Source: an uncultured Candidatus Saccharibacteria bacterium
GTDB lineage: Bacteria > Patescibacteriota > Saccharimonadia > CAILAD01 > BJGX01
Length of the DNA stretch: 64,000 nt
Assembly: GCA_964390265.1 (NCBI GenBank)
Contig: CAYMHI010000002.1
Span: 4,254-68,253 of the forward strand
Direction of reading: 5' to 3'
In this document: piece by piece, positions 36,623 to 44,865 of the stretch
Numbering within the stretch: the first letter of the stretch is position 1
Layout of the letters: each line of letters opens with the position of its first letter
The notes under the pieces: generated by a model
Seen by the model: only the letters and a program-made list of their open reading frames with translations
The model's database searches: none
Told to the model about the DNA's origin: nothing
Program-made: the position numbers and the translations under genes

Positions 36623-36955
36623 TTAGTTTGCGCTTTGCAAACTACTCGCATAGGTGCGGCACAAAACACAATTTGCGTTATGAGTAGTAACACAGTTTGC
36701 GGTAGACTGAGCGTGTTGACGGGCGTTGTCTATGAGTATTCTGTTGAGCAGACAGTGCGTTTGTGCAAACTCTACATCGTCACTCACGGGTAGAGGGGCA
36801 GCTAGAGTTTCGTCTAGAGGGTCTACCCACAACTCGCCTTCACCAGCGCTATTTAGCCGGGGCACAACTTTGTATAGGCTATGCAGTCTGGCTAGGAAAT
36901 CGTCATATTGTGGCCGGGTTGGCATGGTTCTCCTCACATGGGTTGTTGGGTGCAT
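36623..36955 (-). CDS. hypothetical protein (last gene of the island operon)
   Basis: 110-aa ORF, start uncertain (internal Met MPTRPQYDD possible). Confidence 0.35.
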   Translation of the reverse strand: MHPTTHVRRTMPTRPQYDDFLARLHSLYKVVPRLNSAGEGELWVDPLDETLAAPLPVSDDVEFAQTHCLLNRILIDNARQHAQSTANCVTTHNANCVLCRTYASSLQSAN

Positions 36956-37028
36956 TTGACGTCAATATTTTACAACACAACGCTACTTATTACAAGTAAA
37001 ATGCTCTAGATATCTCTAGAGCAAAATA

Positions 37029-37574
37029 TTACAAAAGGTCTGGTATCCCGTGGCGAGCCAAGCTACTGTTCTTGTACCCATGGTAATAACTTACATCGCG
37101 TGCAACACCAAGCCATTCTGGCAACTCAAAGTTAAATATTTCTGGCCGAATGTCTTGCAGCCAGCTTAGTAGCGAGGCCTCATCAAGGGTGTCGTCGGTA
37201 GTGAGTTCTACTAGCCACTCGGCCTCAATAGTAACAAGTCCCCCTAGGTTGTCGTGGTAGCAATCTAGCTCAAGTTTAACGCCATCTGGGCTAGTAAATG
37301 TCCATCGGGTTTTTCTAAGCCCACAAACCGATATTGCGGCTAGCTCATCGTAGAGCCATTCTGGAATAGACGTTTCAGCCTCTGCTCTGGCAACATCACC
37401 ATCTGATTTTTTGGTTGCAGTGTAGTTACCACTGGCATTACGAATACGAAATCCGCCGTTTTGGGTGTCTATATATCGTTGTTCAATTTCTTGAGTGATG
37501 GCATTGTGTATTTGGCTAAAGCCAGTAAAACCTGGTAATACCCACTTTCGTTCTACCTCTATAGTCTGTGGCAA
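37029..37574 (-). CDS. CYTH-domain protein (triphosphate tunnel metalloenzyme family)
   Basis: 181 aa with a TTG start. N-terminal IEVERKWVLP matches the CYTH signature (EIERKFLV). Upstream leader GGCCAACCGCACCUUAAGGAGACACC. Confidence 0.55.
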   Translation of the reverse strand: MPQTIEVERKWVLPGFTGFSQIHNAITQEIEQRYIDTQNGGFRIRNASGNYTATKKSDGDVARAEAETSIPEWLYDELAAISVCGLRKTRWTFTSPDGVKLELDCYHDNLGGLVTIEAEWLVELTTDDTLDEASLLSWLQDIRPEIFNFELPEWLGVARDVSYYHGYKNSSLARHGIPDLL

Positions 37575-37690
37575 GGTGTCTCCTTAAGGTGCGGTTGGCC
37601 GACCATAGGTTAGCACGCACAGGTGTTGGCGTCTAGTCAAAACGTATTGACCAAATGAAAAAGCCTCAGAATCTCTCCTGGGGCTATGTA

Positions 37691-38248
37691 TTATTTATCA
37701 AACATCTGCCGGGCAATCCCTCCTTGTTCAAGTGCATCGTCGTCAGCTCGGTGTGTGTGGGGCGTATCTACTGGGTAGTGCTTGAGCATCTCTTTGCGTC
37801 CAGTCTTGGCAAATAGCGCTATGCCGTGCTTGCCCATGAAGTAACTCTTGAGCTCGATTGCGGTAAAGCCCACAAATCGACGATCCAAGAAGTGTACGCT
37901 GTACCAGTCTACATACATCATGTCCCAAGTGGAGAGGATGACTAAAACGGCCCTAGACTTGTGGTATTTGGCGAGCATTATATTAACCCATTGTTCAAAT
38001 TTTTCCATCGCCTCTTTTGCCGGTACGCCAGTTATTTTGAGGGCTTCTCTATCTATCCCACTAACGGCGAGCGCCTCAGGGTCGTACTTGTCAGAAATGG
38101 GTTGAAACTCAATGTAGAAAGTTTCTTCTGGGTAGTCGATAAGACTGGCACCAAGAGATAGTAGGGAGTAATCTCCCGGAATAGGGCCATCGGCCTCGAG
38201 ATCTAGCGATATTAGTAGTTCATTGTTCATATCTATATTGTCTTTCAA
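37691..38248 (-). CDS. DEDDh-family 3'-5' exonuclease (DnaQ/RNase T-like)
   Basis: 185 aa. Exo I LISLDLEADGP; Exo III HTHRADDDALEQ (H-x4-D). Start is TTG at 38248, or ATG at 38230. Confidence 0.6.
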   Translation of the reverse strand: MKDNIDMNNELLISLDLEADGPIPGDYSLLSLGASLIDYPEETFYIEFQPISDKYDPEALAVSGIDREALKITGVPAKEAMEKFEQWVNIMLAKYHKSRAVLVILSTWDMMYVDWYSVHFLDRRFVGFTAIELKSYFMGKHGIALFAKTGRKEMLKHYPVDTPHTHRADDDALEQGGIARQMFDK

Positions 38249-38364
38249 TTGTTGTCCTTTCTCAAGGTGCCTCCGAGAGTATTTCTCTCAGCCAAGAAAT
38301 TCAATATCATTGAACATCTTGGTAGAGCCCCAATCCGCACTTTAACAGATTGGGGCAAATGAAG

Positions 38365-38607
38365 CTAGCAGCGATCAGCGTGCTTGAAGCAACCACCTAC
38401 GGCAGTGTCGCAACCGCCGGGGCACATTCGGCCAGCAGCTACTTCTTTGGCAATATATGCTTGATTATCTCTTCGTCGTTGTGCTGCTCGGGCGTGATCG
38501 CCTCGAGCTTCAGCAGCCTGCCACTCATAAGCTTCTGCTCTGAGCCTGGCTGCTCTAGCCCTGCCCTCCATTTCGGCAGCTCTGGCCTCTGCTTCGTAAT
38601 CGCGCAT
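38365..38607 (-). CDS. small Ala/Arg-rich protein with C-terminal Cys cluster
   Basis: 80 aa; very GC-rich codons; ends ...MCPGGCDTAVGGCFKHADRC. Confidence 0.4.
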   Translation of the reverse strand: MRDYEAEARAAEMEGRARAARLRAEAYEWQAAEARGDHARAAQRRRDNQAYIAKEVAAGRMCPGGCDTAVGGCFKHADRC

Positions 38608-38742
38608 CTTATCTCCTAGGTAGGTACAAATCTGGGTATCTCCCAGCCAAAACCCTCAAAAATGTTAAGTGCTTTGGTTGGCCCTGCACTCAGCTTCGAG
38701 TGCAGGGAAGAGCTTTTGGACATAGCCCTTTGGTTTTACTAT

Positions 38743-39039
38743 TCACCAGGGATCATCAGCCTTATCCCAAGCGGGATCATCGGGGTCCATCGAGTCAGAA
38801 CGGTCTCGTGGCTTTCTAGTCACCCTACCTCTCATCTCACTAGATTCTTTAATGCGCATCGCACTTTCGTGGTTATAGACTTCAAACTCTTGATCACATA
38901 CGGGACACTTCGCTATGAAAACGCCATCCGTCGTACTTGTTGTATCGTTTCTTTCGATCTCAAGCTCGCTATGGCATTTTGAACAAATTGAGCGCATGGG
39001 CCATACAAGATGATTGAAGCCTTGCCTAAGTATCTTCAC
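38743..39039 (-). CDS. small zinc-ribbon protein
   Basis: 98 aa, GTG start. CSKCHSE...CPVCDQ forms a CxxC...CxxC ribbon. Immediately preceded by hammerhead #2 and an AAGGAGA SD. Confidence 0.45.
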   Translation of the reverse strand: MKILRQGFNHLVWPMRSICSKCHSELEIERNDTTSTTDGVFIAKCPVCDQEFEVYNHESAMRIKESSEMRGRVTRKPRDRSDSMDPDDPAWDKADDPW

Positions 39040-39063
39040 TATTCTCCTTTGTGTATGTACGGG

Positions 39064-39118
39064 TCTGATTTCGTCGTTTTCGACTCTTCAGGGCAAGGGC
39101 ACACTTGCCGATCAGGAG
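39064..39118 (-). ncRNA. type III hammerhead ribozyme (#2)
   Basis: Minus-strand RNA CCUGA-U-C/GGCAAG-UGUGCC-CUUGCC-CUGAAGA-GUCG-AAAA-CGAC-GAAA-UCAGA. Helix I is a 6-bp hairpin; core CUGAAGA; helix II is 4 bp with an AAAA loop; core GAAA; helix III is open (CUGA/UCAG); cleavage site is U-C. Confidence 0.75.
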
Positions 39119-39152
39119 AGGTCTTAAAAGGACCTCCCTTAAACCTTCTGGT

Positions 39153-39341
39153 CTAACAGCGACCATAATCGTGGTCGTAACAAAGAGGTAGATTGGGGTA
39201 GCCACTATCAGCAGGGTAGTTACACCCCTTAACTGAGCATTTGCCATTGTGCTTCAGCTCGTGAACACGAGGATCGTAGAGCTCGTGTATGTTCTTTTTA
39301 TCCGATCCTGCTTTGTTGCTTTCGTCGTCGCCCTGCGCCAT
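39153..39341 (-). CDS. small Cys/His-rich protein
   Basis: 62 aa (…GKCSVKGCNYP…LCYDHDYGRC). SD AAGGAGAUAAG before the ATG; preceded by hammerhead #1. Confidence 0.45.
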   Translation of the reverse strand: MAQGDDESNKAGSDKKNIHELYDPRVHELKHNGKCSVKGCNYPADSGYPNLPLCYDHDYGRC

Positions 39342-39363
39342 CTTATCTCCTTGGTAGGTGCAT

Positions 39364-39419
39364 CTGACTTTCGTCCACCTTTCGGAAGACTCATCAGGGC
39401 CGTCGTTCGGCCGAGTCAG
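39364..39419 (-). ncRNA. type III hammerhead ribozyme (#1)
   Basis: Minus-strand RNA CUGAC-U-C/GGCCG-AACGA-CGGCC-CUGAUGA-GUCUUCC-GAAA-GGUGGAC-GAAA-GUCAG. All conserved core nucleotides present (CUGAUGA, GAAA, U16.1, C17); helices I and II are hairpins; helix III (CUGAC/GUCAG) is open. Confidence 0.8.
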
Positions 39420-39458
39420 GGGAGGTTTTGGTAGGACCTCCCGGAACCTGTTAAAGGA

Positions 39459-39731
39459 CTATTGCAGCTTCCGAATCACTTCCTCTACAGTAAGTCTCAC
39501 AATCTCTTCTAGTTGGGTTCTAGTAATTACTCTTGTCTCTTTGATCGGTTCTTCGTTCTTTGGCCCAAGCCAGATGTGGTCACGAGTATTGGTGCAGTTT
39601 TTACGCCCAGAAGTGTTGCAGGTACCACACCACGTAGGTGGGTATGAGTAGTCTGGGTCCATGCTCTCACGCACAGTGTACCATCCAGTGCGAACTTGCT
39701 CGGTGTGGGTAACGGTGTGATAGCCTTCCAT
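39459..39731 (-). CDS. small hypothetical protein with Cys motif
   Basis: 90 aa (…TWCGTCNTSGRKNC…). Leader GGCCGCACCUCGACAAAGGAGAGAAAUG. Confidence 0.4.
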   Translation of the reverse strand: MEGYHTVTHTEQVRTGWYTVRESMDPDYSYPPTWCGTCNTSGRKNCTNTRDHIWLGPKNEEPIKETRVITRTQLEEIVRLTVEEVIRKLQ

Positions 39732-40181
39732 TTCTCTCCTTTGTCGAGGTGCGGCCTGGGAATCTCCCAGCCGAAGCGTTCGTATCTATACAAGTGCTTG
39801 GGTTGGGAGGGAGCCGGAGTTATTTCTCGGCTCCCTCGGTGAATGTTTCGCCTCTTTCAGTCCTCGTCTAGAAGATCCAGGTCAAAACCAGGTACTCGAG
39901 GTAGCTGATGAAACAGCAGGCCAACAAGATCGAGGCGGTTACAATCTGGTGGCGAGTGATATGAGTCACGGGGCTCTCCTTTGTTGAGGGTCTGTTTCGA
40001 GAAGTTAGTAATCCTACTTCATTCGGCTTTCCTTGCGGTTACGCATATTCACACCCATCAGAGCATTACAGTTTGGGCAGGTGACTACTGCTTCTTCATA
40101 TGATACGAGGAAGGTGATAATGTCTTCCTCTCTGCTGTGACCAGGATCGGGATCGAATCGCCTGGTGCTGGTTGCAGGGCG

Positions 40182-40289
40182 TCACCGAATAGGGTCGTTG
40201 ACGTGATCTACCTCAATTTCTGAGAGGCAAGTTGGGCAAGTGTGTAGCTTTAGACACTTGCTTCCATTTCGTTGTTGGACGATTCTCAT
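40182..40289 (-). CDS. 35-aa zinc-ribbon micro-protein
   Basis: Hand-translated (below the track's length cutoff): MRIVQQRNGSKCLKLHTCPTCLSEIEVDHVNDPIR. SD AAGGAA; lies directly 3' of hammerhead #3. Confidence 0.35.
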   Translation of the reverse strand: MRIVQQRNGSKCLKLHTCPTCLSEIEVDHVNDPIR

Positions 40290-40311
40290 GTTGTTCCTTT
40301 TTAGGTACGGG

Positions 40312-40375
40312 TCTGATTTCGTCGTTTTCGACTCTTCAGGGCAAGTACACACTTGCCGATCAGGGGGAGGTTTTG
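40312..40375 (-). ncRNA. type III hammerhead ribozyme (#3)
   Basis: Near-identical to #2: CCCCUGA-U-C/GGCAAG-UGUGUA-CUUGCC-CUGAAGA-GUCG-AAAA-CGAC-GAAA-UCAGACC. Confidence 0.75.
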
Positions 40376-40402
40376 TAAGGACCTCCCAGAACCTTTCTCG
40401 AT

Positions 40403-41023
40403 CTACTCGAGACTAGCCACATCCTTCAGGATTCGCTGCAACACCCGTTCGGCCTTGAGGTCGATGTTGGGCTCTGCAGCAAAGACGGTGTAGCGGGGAT
40501 GGGCACTCCACACCTCTCGAGTTGCCAGCTCAATCTCGGCAGCCTCCTCGAGTGACTCCATGCGCTCAGCGTTACCTTGCTTGCCGTAGCTTGCAGGGTT
40601 GCCGATAGCCAGAGACTCGAGATGGTACACCGAGTGGTAGCGCTGCAGAGTAGCCTCGAGGTTGAGTCCGTAGGTAGCAGCAAACTTAGTTGCGCCACCA
40701 GGGGTGTAGGCCGCTCCATCGAGCATTCCTCGGTCGAGCACCAGCATCTTCTTGCCAGCCTCTTGTGCCTCGTGGACCCAGAAGCTTTCAAGCCGCTGCT
40801 GAAGGTCGAGTATGGCACCCTGGAAGTTGTACCTCCAGTGGTCGCTGTACTCTACCTCGCGCCCCGGAACCGGGTATCCCCCCGAGAGCAGCACGGTGGC
40901 TGCTTCGGGTACGAACGCTGCATTGGGCAACGCTGCTCTCAGGTACTCTAGCACGGTGCTTTTACCGGCGCAGGGGCCGCCAGTCAGCACCAGCATGGGG
41001 ATGGTAGCAAGGATGGTGGTCAT
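40403..41023 (-). CDS. P-loop nucleotide/polynucleotide kinase-like NTPase
   Basis: 206 aa with very GC3-rich codons. Walker A LVLTGGPCAGKSTVLEYL, resembling dephospho-CoA kinase and phage polynucleotide-kinase P-loops. Confidence 0.55.
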   Translation of the reverse strand: MTTILATIPMLVLTGGPCAGKSTVLEYLRAALPNAAFVPEAATVLLSGGYPVPGREVEYSDHWRYNFQGAILDLQQRLESFWVHEAQEAGKKMLVLDRGMLDGAAYTPGGATKFAATYGLNLEATLQRYHSVYHLESLAIGNPASYGKQGNAERMESLEEAAEIELATREVWSAHPRYTVFAAEPNIDLKAERVLQRILKDVASLE

Positions 41024-41311
41024 ATTTCCTCCAGGGTAATTCCGTCCGGACTATCCGGCTCGGCTACCTGGCAGTGATCACTTTTTTTGCCAGGGTACCA
41101 AGCCGGATTTTACCTAGAGTTTTTCACTTATCTTTGCCTAGCCTTTATTATGTGGTGGCGCTCGGTGGTATATCTAGTCAATTTATTTTGAGTCAAGGTT
41201 CTTTAACTTTCGCCCTGCCGTTACAGTTGTGGGCTCATCAGGACTGGTACTCACCAGTCGAGTTAGTGGGAGCTTTTGGCAGGAGCTCCCGAAAACCTGT
41301 GTGTGAGCTGG

Positions 41312-41563
41312 TTAGCTCCGGCGCCAGTCGATGTCTTTGCCGGGCTTGGCCAGCTTGTGGCCCTCCTCTCGTAGAGCCTCAGCGACCTGCTTCATCATCG
41401 GGCGGGTCATTTTCAGCTCTGGCTTGAGCTTCTTGCCGCAGCCCTTGCAGTTGCCAGCTTGGCCGAGCAGAGCCTTGCGGATGCCCTCGCGAGTAGCTCG
41501 ATCAGGCCGGTTGCGGTGGTTGCACTTGCTGCAGATGATGTAGTAGGGGTGCCAGACAGCCAT
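41312..41563 (-). CDS. small basic zinc-ribbon protein
   Basis: 83 aa; CSKCNHRN...CKGCGKK (CxxC...CxxC); GC-rich; first gene after the island promoter. Confidence 0.45.
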   Translation of the reverse strand: MAVWHPYYIICSKCNHRNRPDRATREGIRKALLGQAGNCKGCGKKLKPELKMTRPMMKQVAEALREEGHKLAKPGKDIDWRRS

Positions 41564-41608
41564 GTTATCTCCTTGGTGTCGAGGTGCGCCTTTGAGCGGT
41601 TGCTCTAG

Positions 41609-41637
41609 GCCGAAAACAATTTTACCTTAAATAACAC
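41609..41637 (-). promoter_or_regulatory. sigma70-like promoter for the minus-strand island operon
   Basis: On the minus strand: TTGACT, 17-nt spacer, TAAAAT. Confidence 0.4.
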
Positions 41638-41745
41638 AAAAAGTCAATGTATAAATAGTCAAAATAATAGATAACAGATAAGAAAAGTAATAGAAACTGT
41701 CGAAAAGCCATCGACAAAAAGTGTATAAAGTGTATAATTAAACCT

Positions 41746-42531
41746 ATGGACACTCAAACAATACAAGAGCTCGGCTTAAACGAATCACAAGCTAAAATGT
41801 ATGTTTTACTTATGCAGCATGGCAGCCTTACTCCCCCCGAAGCAGCAAAATTGTCTGGCGAAAGTCGAACTACGGTTTATTCAATACTAGAAAAATTAGA
41901 GAAGCTTGGCCTAATAAAAAAGAAGTTAGGAACAAAAAAAGTTACATATTTACCTGAAAACCCAGCTGCTCTAGAGAAACTTGCCGAGACAAAGTACCAG
42001 CAAACGGTTGAGCTTAAGCAAAAGATTGCTAGTAACATGACTCGCTATATGACATATTTTTACACCTATCAAGAACAACCGGGAGTACGATTTTTTCAAG
42101 GTGAAGACGGAATTGTAAAGATGTATGAAGACCAACTTCGCACTAAGAAAAATATTTACTTTTTGCGCTCCGAAAGCGATGTAAATGTAATGGGTAAAAC
42201 AATTTATAAGGTCATAGAAAACCGCCACAAGCTCGGTATAAAGGTCTACGGAATTGAGGCTGGTGAAGCTGATAATATTGAGTTCTCGCGACAAAACGAC
42301 ATTAGGCTAGGCCGAAAAATATCTTTTTACCCTACTGGTTTGTACACCGCACCTGTTAATTTTTACACCTATGGCACCAAAACAGCCTTAATATCTTATG
42401 GCGAAGAAGTAATTGGTACCATAATTGAATCACCACAGATAGCACAGGCTTTTCGGCAAATTCATACCATGCTCAAAATAGCCGTCGATTCTTTAAACGA
42501 TCAACCCAAAAAGAGTAAACTAGAGTTATGA
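41746..42531 (+). CDS. TrmB-like HTH transcriptional regulator
   Basis: 261 aa. N-terminal winged HTH (LNESQAKMYVLLMQHGSLTPPEAAKLSGESRTTVYSILEKLEKLGLI), typical of TrmB-family sugar regulators; followed by PMM/PGM. Confidence 0.55.
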   Translation: MDTQTIQELGLNESQAKMYVLLMQHGSLTPPEAAKLSGESRTTVYSILEKLEKLGLIKKKLGTKKVTYLPENPAALEKLAETKYQQTVELKQKIASNMTRYMTYFYTYQEQPGVRFFQGEDGIVKMYEDQLRTKKNIYFLRSESDVNVMGKTIYKVIENRHKLGIKVYGIEAGEADNIEFSRQNDIRLGRKISFYPTGLYTAPVNFYTYGTKTALISYGEEVIGTIIESPQIAQAFRQIHTMLKIAVDSLNDQPKKSKLEL

Positions 42532-43898
42532 ACCAAAAAAACCTCAAAAGTATTTTTAAGGCTTACGACATCAGGGGCCTATCGCCCAAAGAGCTCAACC
42601 CCAAGGTAGCCTATAGCATTGCTCGAGCTTTTGCTGATTTTTTACCCAAAGGTAGAGTAGCGGTTGGTTACGATATGCGCAAAGACTCGCATAGGCTTGC
42701 CGTCGCCTTTATGGCCGGCTTGGTCAAGCAGGGTAGAGAGGTGATTGATCTGGGCCTAATCACCTCCGATATGATTTACTACGCTATTGGCCACTACAAG
42801 CTAGCGGGTGGTGCGATGATAACTGCTAGCCACAATCTGGCAGGCTATGACGGCATTAAACTGACAGGCAAAAACGTGGTACCTATTGGTATAGACTCGG
42901 GTCTACTCAAGATAGAAGATAAGGTAGAGCACCATCATTTCAAAAAACTACATAAGCAAGGTTATGACATTGGGCAAATTGCCAAAAAAGATATTACCAA
43001 AGAATGGGTAGAGCATGCTCTAGAGATTGTGGGCTTGGGCAATTCACGTTTAAGTATTGCCACCGATACTGGCAATGGTATGGCCTCGATAGTTTTGCCG
43101 TATCTAGACGAACTCACCGATTTGCAAATTGAGAGCTTGTATACCGAGCTTGATGGCAGCTTCCCCAACCACCCAGCCAATCCACTCAATGTAGCCAACA
43201 ACAAGGCACTGTGCAAATTAGTAGCCAAAAACCATCTCGATTGTGGGCTTGCGTTTGATGGCGATGGCGACAGGGCCTTTGTGGTAGACGATCAAGGCAA
43301 TCTACTTAGCGCCAGCGTACTAGGGGCAATAATTGCTCGCGATATACTTGAGTGCGAGCCTGGCCAAACTATTTTGTATAGCGCTACAGCATCAGATATT
43401 GTACCGGCTACCATTGAGAGCTTTGGTGGTCACTCGATTCGTACCAGGGTAGGTCATAGTTTTGTTAAGGCCGATATGAAAAAGCATCATGCTATATTTG
43501 GCATTGAGCACTCTGGCCATTTTTACTATGCTCAAAACTACAATGCCGATAGCGGTCTTATTACGGCCTTGACGATTCTAAAAATAATTGCTCAAAGCGG
43601 CAAGCCACTCTCTGAGATAGCTGCGCCTTTTGTGAGTATGTATGCCAACTCTGGTGAGCTAAACTTTGAAGTAAGTGAGCCCAAAGATGCTCTCAAAATA
43701 CTACAACGACACTTTAATAACGCCGAGACCGATGAGCTTGAGGGTCTTACTGTTCGCTATCGCAACTGGTGGTTTAATGCCAGAGCCAGTAACACCGAGC
43801 CATACTTGCGAGTAAACATTGAGGCTGACAGTGCCTATATACTAAAAGCTTACCAAAAAGAAATTACTCGGTTACTGAAAGAAAAGAAGATTAAATAG
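42528..43898 (+). CDS. phosphomannomutase/phosphoglucomutase (alpha-D-phosphohexomutase family)
   Basis: 456 aa; active-site block MITASHNLAGYDGIKL (TASHNP motif); four-domain length. Confidence 0.8.
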   Translation: MNQKNLKSIFKAYDIRGLSPKELNPKVAYSIARAFADFLPKGRVAVGYDMRKDSHRLAVAFMAGLVKQGREVIDLGLITSDMIYYAIGHYKLAGGAMITASHNLAGYDGIKLTGKNVVPIGIDSGLLKIEDKVEHHHFKKLHKQGYDIGQIAKKDITKEWVEHALEIVGLGNSRLSIATDTGNGMASIVLPYLDELTDLQIESLYTELDGSFPNHPANPLNVANNKALCKLVAKNHLDCGLAFDGDGDRAFVVDDQGNLLSASVLGAIIARDILECEPGQTILYSATASDIVPATIESFGGHSIRTRVGHSFVKADMKKHHAIFGIEHSGHFYYAQNYNADSGLITALTILKIIAQSGKPLSEIAAPFVSMYANSGELNFEVSEPKDALKILQRHFNNAETDELEGLTVRYRNWWFNARASNTEPYLRVNIEADSAYILKAYQKEITRLLKEKKIK

Positions 43899-43953
43899 TT
43901 CTCCCTGTGCCTTTCCTGTCTGCCAGCAGAGTGCTACCTGCTACAATAATATT

Positions 43954-44808
43954 ATGATAAGAGCCGCCCAAACCGACAAAAAACTAAAAGAATCAATTTT
44001 AGAATTGCTTAGTTTTTGTACTGAGCACGGAATTAGTCTTGATGAATCCGAAATATTGCAGCATCTACCAGTTAGAGCAAGCAGTGTAGGTGTAAACTCT
44101 CACTTAAGATGGCTAGTGGAACAAAAAAAGGTTACTAAGTTGAAAGATAATAGTTATGGAATTATTAAGGCAAAGTTTTCGGGTGCTCATAGACTTAGCG
44201 ATATTTACAAACAAATGCATTACTCTAGAAAAGTAAAAAATATAGTCAAGGTTGCCAAAATGGTGCCGTTTATAAAGGCAGTTCTAATTAGTAGCGATAG
44301 TATTTTTCACCCAATAGATAAAAATAAGTCACATCAAGAGTTAATAATTGTAACTCTTCCAAATAGAATCTATTTGGCCAAAGATATCATAAGATCTACG
44401 GCATATCGAACTAACAACAAGCAAGATAAAGCTAAATCTAAAAAAAATTCTCTCAAAGCTAGCTGCCAAGACATATATTACTCTACGGCTGGGCTTAGGT
44501 TTGTAGATAAAATGGGAAAATCTCAATTAGAAAAAGTGCTATGGGCAGCTTTTGCCAAGCCAATATACGGCAACTCAACATGGCAGAATTTGTTGCATAA
44601 CGATCCGTTTATATCTCGCCATCTTCCTAATAATCCCTATGTTCATAAGGTGGGCAAAATAGATGTGTCTACCAGTCGGTGGCTAGATAGTTTGGACAAT
44701 GCTCGTTATAGAGACTATCTACAAGAAATGTCAAAATTGAAAGATTTTAAAGACAGCTCACACTTTTTACGTATACGACCCGATGTGTTTATTGTTAAAG
44801 AAAATTAA
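43954..44808 (+). CDS. hypothetical protein
   Basis: 284-aa ORF with no motif recognised. Confidence 0.45.
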   Translation: MIRAAQTDKKLKESILELLSFCTEHGISLDESEILQHLPVRASSVGVNSHLRWLVEQKKVTKLKDNSYGIIKAKFSGAHRLSDIYKQMHYSRKVKNIVKVAKMVPFIKAVLISSDSIFHPIDKNKSHQELIIVTLPNRIYLAKDIIRSTAYRTNNKQDKAKSKKNSLKASCQDIYYSTAGLRFVDKMGKSQLEKVLWAAFAKPIYGNSTWQNLLHNDPFISRHLPNNPYVHKVGKIDVSTSRWLDSLDNARYRDYLQEMSKLKDFKDSSHFLRIRPDVFIVKEN

Positions 44809-44829
44809 TAATTTTATTGTCAAAAGGTA

Positions 44830-44858
44830 TTGACATCATTGTGCTTATGTGATACTAT
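44830..44858 (+). promoter_or_regulatory. consensus sigma70 promoter driving the GC-rich non-coding transcript
   Basis: TTGACA (44830-44835), 17-nt spacer, TACTAT (44853-44858). Confidence 0.5.
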
Positions 44859-44865
44859 GTATTTC

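Noticed and set aside
38752-38760. Additional CUGAUGA-like hit (tcatcag on the forward strand) inside gene 38743..39039
   Set aside because: No flanking GAAA or helix arrangement. It lies within a coding sequence, so it is a chance heptamer.
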